Part shown: in pieces, positions 63,192 to 64,000 of the stretch
Layout: each line of letters starts with the position of its first letter
Position numbering within the stretch: position 1 is the stretch's first letter
Source: Antedon mediterranea
Lineage: Eukaryota; Animalia; Echinodermata
Reading direction: 5' to 3'
Assembly (NCBI RefSeq): GCF_964355755.1
Contig: NC_092674.1
Span: 1,550,001 to 1,614,000 of the forward strand
DNA: 64,000 bases
Made by a program: the position numbers and the translations under genes
Notes under the pieces: generated by a model
Databases searched by the model: none
What the model saw: only the letters and a program-made list of their open reading frames with translations
Told to the model about the DNA's origin: nothing

Positions 63192-64000
63192 AATTTGATG
63201 CAGCTACTATATTGACCTCGCACGCCAAACAAATTTCTACAGTATATTTTTTAAATGTCGCCCTCTATTGATAGGTGTTTCTAAAGCCAACAAGACCGCG
63301 CGCGCAAAGCCAAGGAGATAGAGACCATACGAAATGGAAGTGTGCACAAAATTTAACTCAATATCGTACAAACTCAATGATAACACCGTGCATTTACTTA
63401 CAGAATCTACAATATGTTAGATATTTAATATATATGTTACATGAATCTTACGGAGACAAGGAATTGTCTGTAGTCGTAAGACCCTTTGAAAAATAAAACA
63501 TTATCATAGAAAAAAACATGAAATAAGGTTTTAAAGATACAGGTTGGAAAGTTAAAGTATTCCTACATATAATATAAAAGAAACTACATAATAGTAGCCT
63601 AACACTAACACGCACCACGCATAATATATAAGCATTTTAATATATAAGCATTTTTAAATACTGTAATTCGATATAATCACTTCTAAAATATTTTTTAGTA
63701 TTTTATAACAATTTTAACAACTAGGGATGGTTCTCGAATACATAGTATAATTTCAGCGATTTCAAATGTACTTACCGCATGACAATAATACACCACTTCT
63801 ACGACGTTTATTTGTGTATATTGTGTTTATATGTAAAACAGTTTGTGAAAAACACCTCTATTCGGTGCAAATCGTAAATTAGCAGGTCTGAAAATAATAC
63901 TAAAAAGTGGTCAAAAATTGGGACCGTAGTCCGGATTGCCTCCAAATGTAATGGAGTGGTCCTTGGCCACATATTTCTTGCAATAACTTTTTTGAGTAAT

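Noticed and set aside
62345-63496. Short ORFs upstream of myo7a
   Set aside because: No recognisable domains or consistent exon chain. More likely 5' UTR introns (donor-like sites near 61998, 62331 and 63777) and repeat debris.

Overview
AT-rich eukaryotic (invertebrate animal) genomic DNA with spliceosomal introns. A Deu/Nin-type SINE fits an invertebrate metazoan, possibly a deuterostome, but the taxon cannot be fixed from sequence alone. Four multi-exon genes lie head-to-tail on the minus strand: (1) a secreted PAN/apple + F5/8-type-C (discoidin) protein whose frame runs into a ~700-aa Ser/Gly/Asp-rich repeat; (2) a MINDY4B-like deubiquitinase homolog lacking the catalytic Cys and His (8144-19555); (3) MCM7 (21963-32408, 17 exons); (4) myosin VIIa (34530-59939, about 43 exons). 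Introns and spacers carry MITEs, larger non-autonomous DNA transposons, Helentron-like elements, SINEs, LINE fragments and several minisatellites. Most notable: two U12-type introns (GT-AG in MCM7, AT-AC in myo7a); a Helentron-like element carrying two tRNA-Val(AAC)-like copies; a 48-bp satellite built from a MITE end; a MITE-templated inverted duplication; tandem repeats that copy splice sites and a stop codon; and the possibly hyper-acidic secreted lectin-like protein. Everything was read by eye and no database searches were run.
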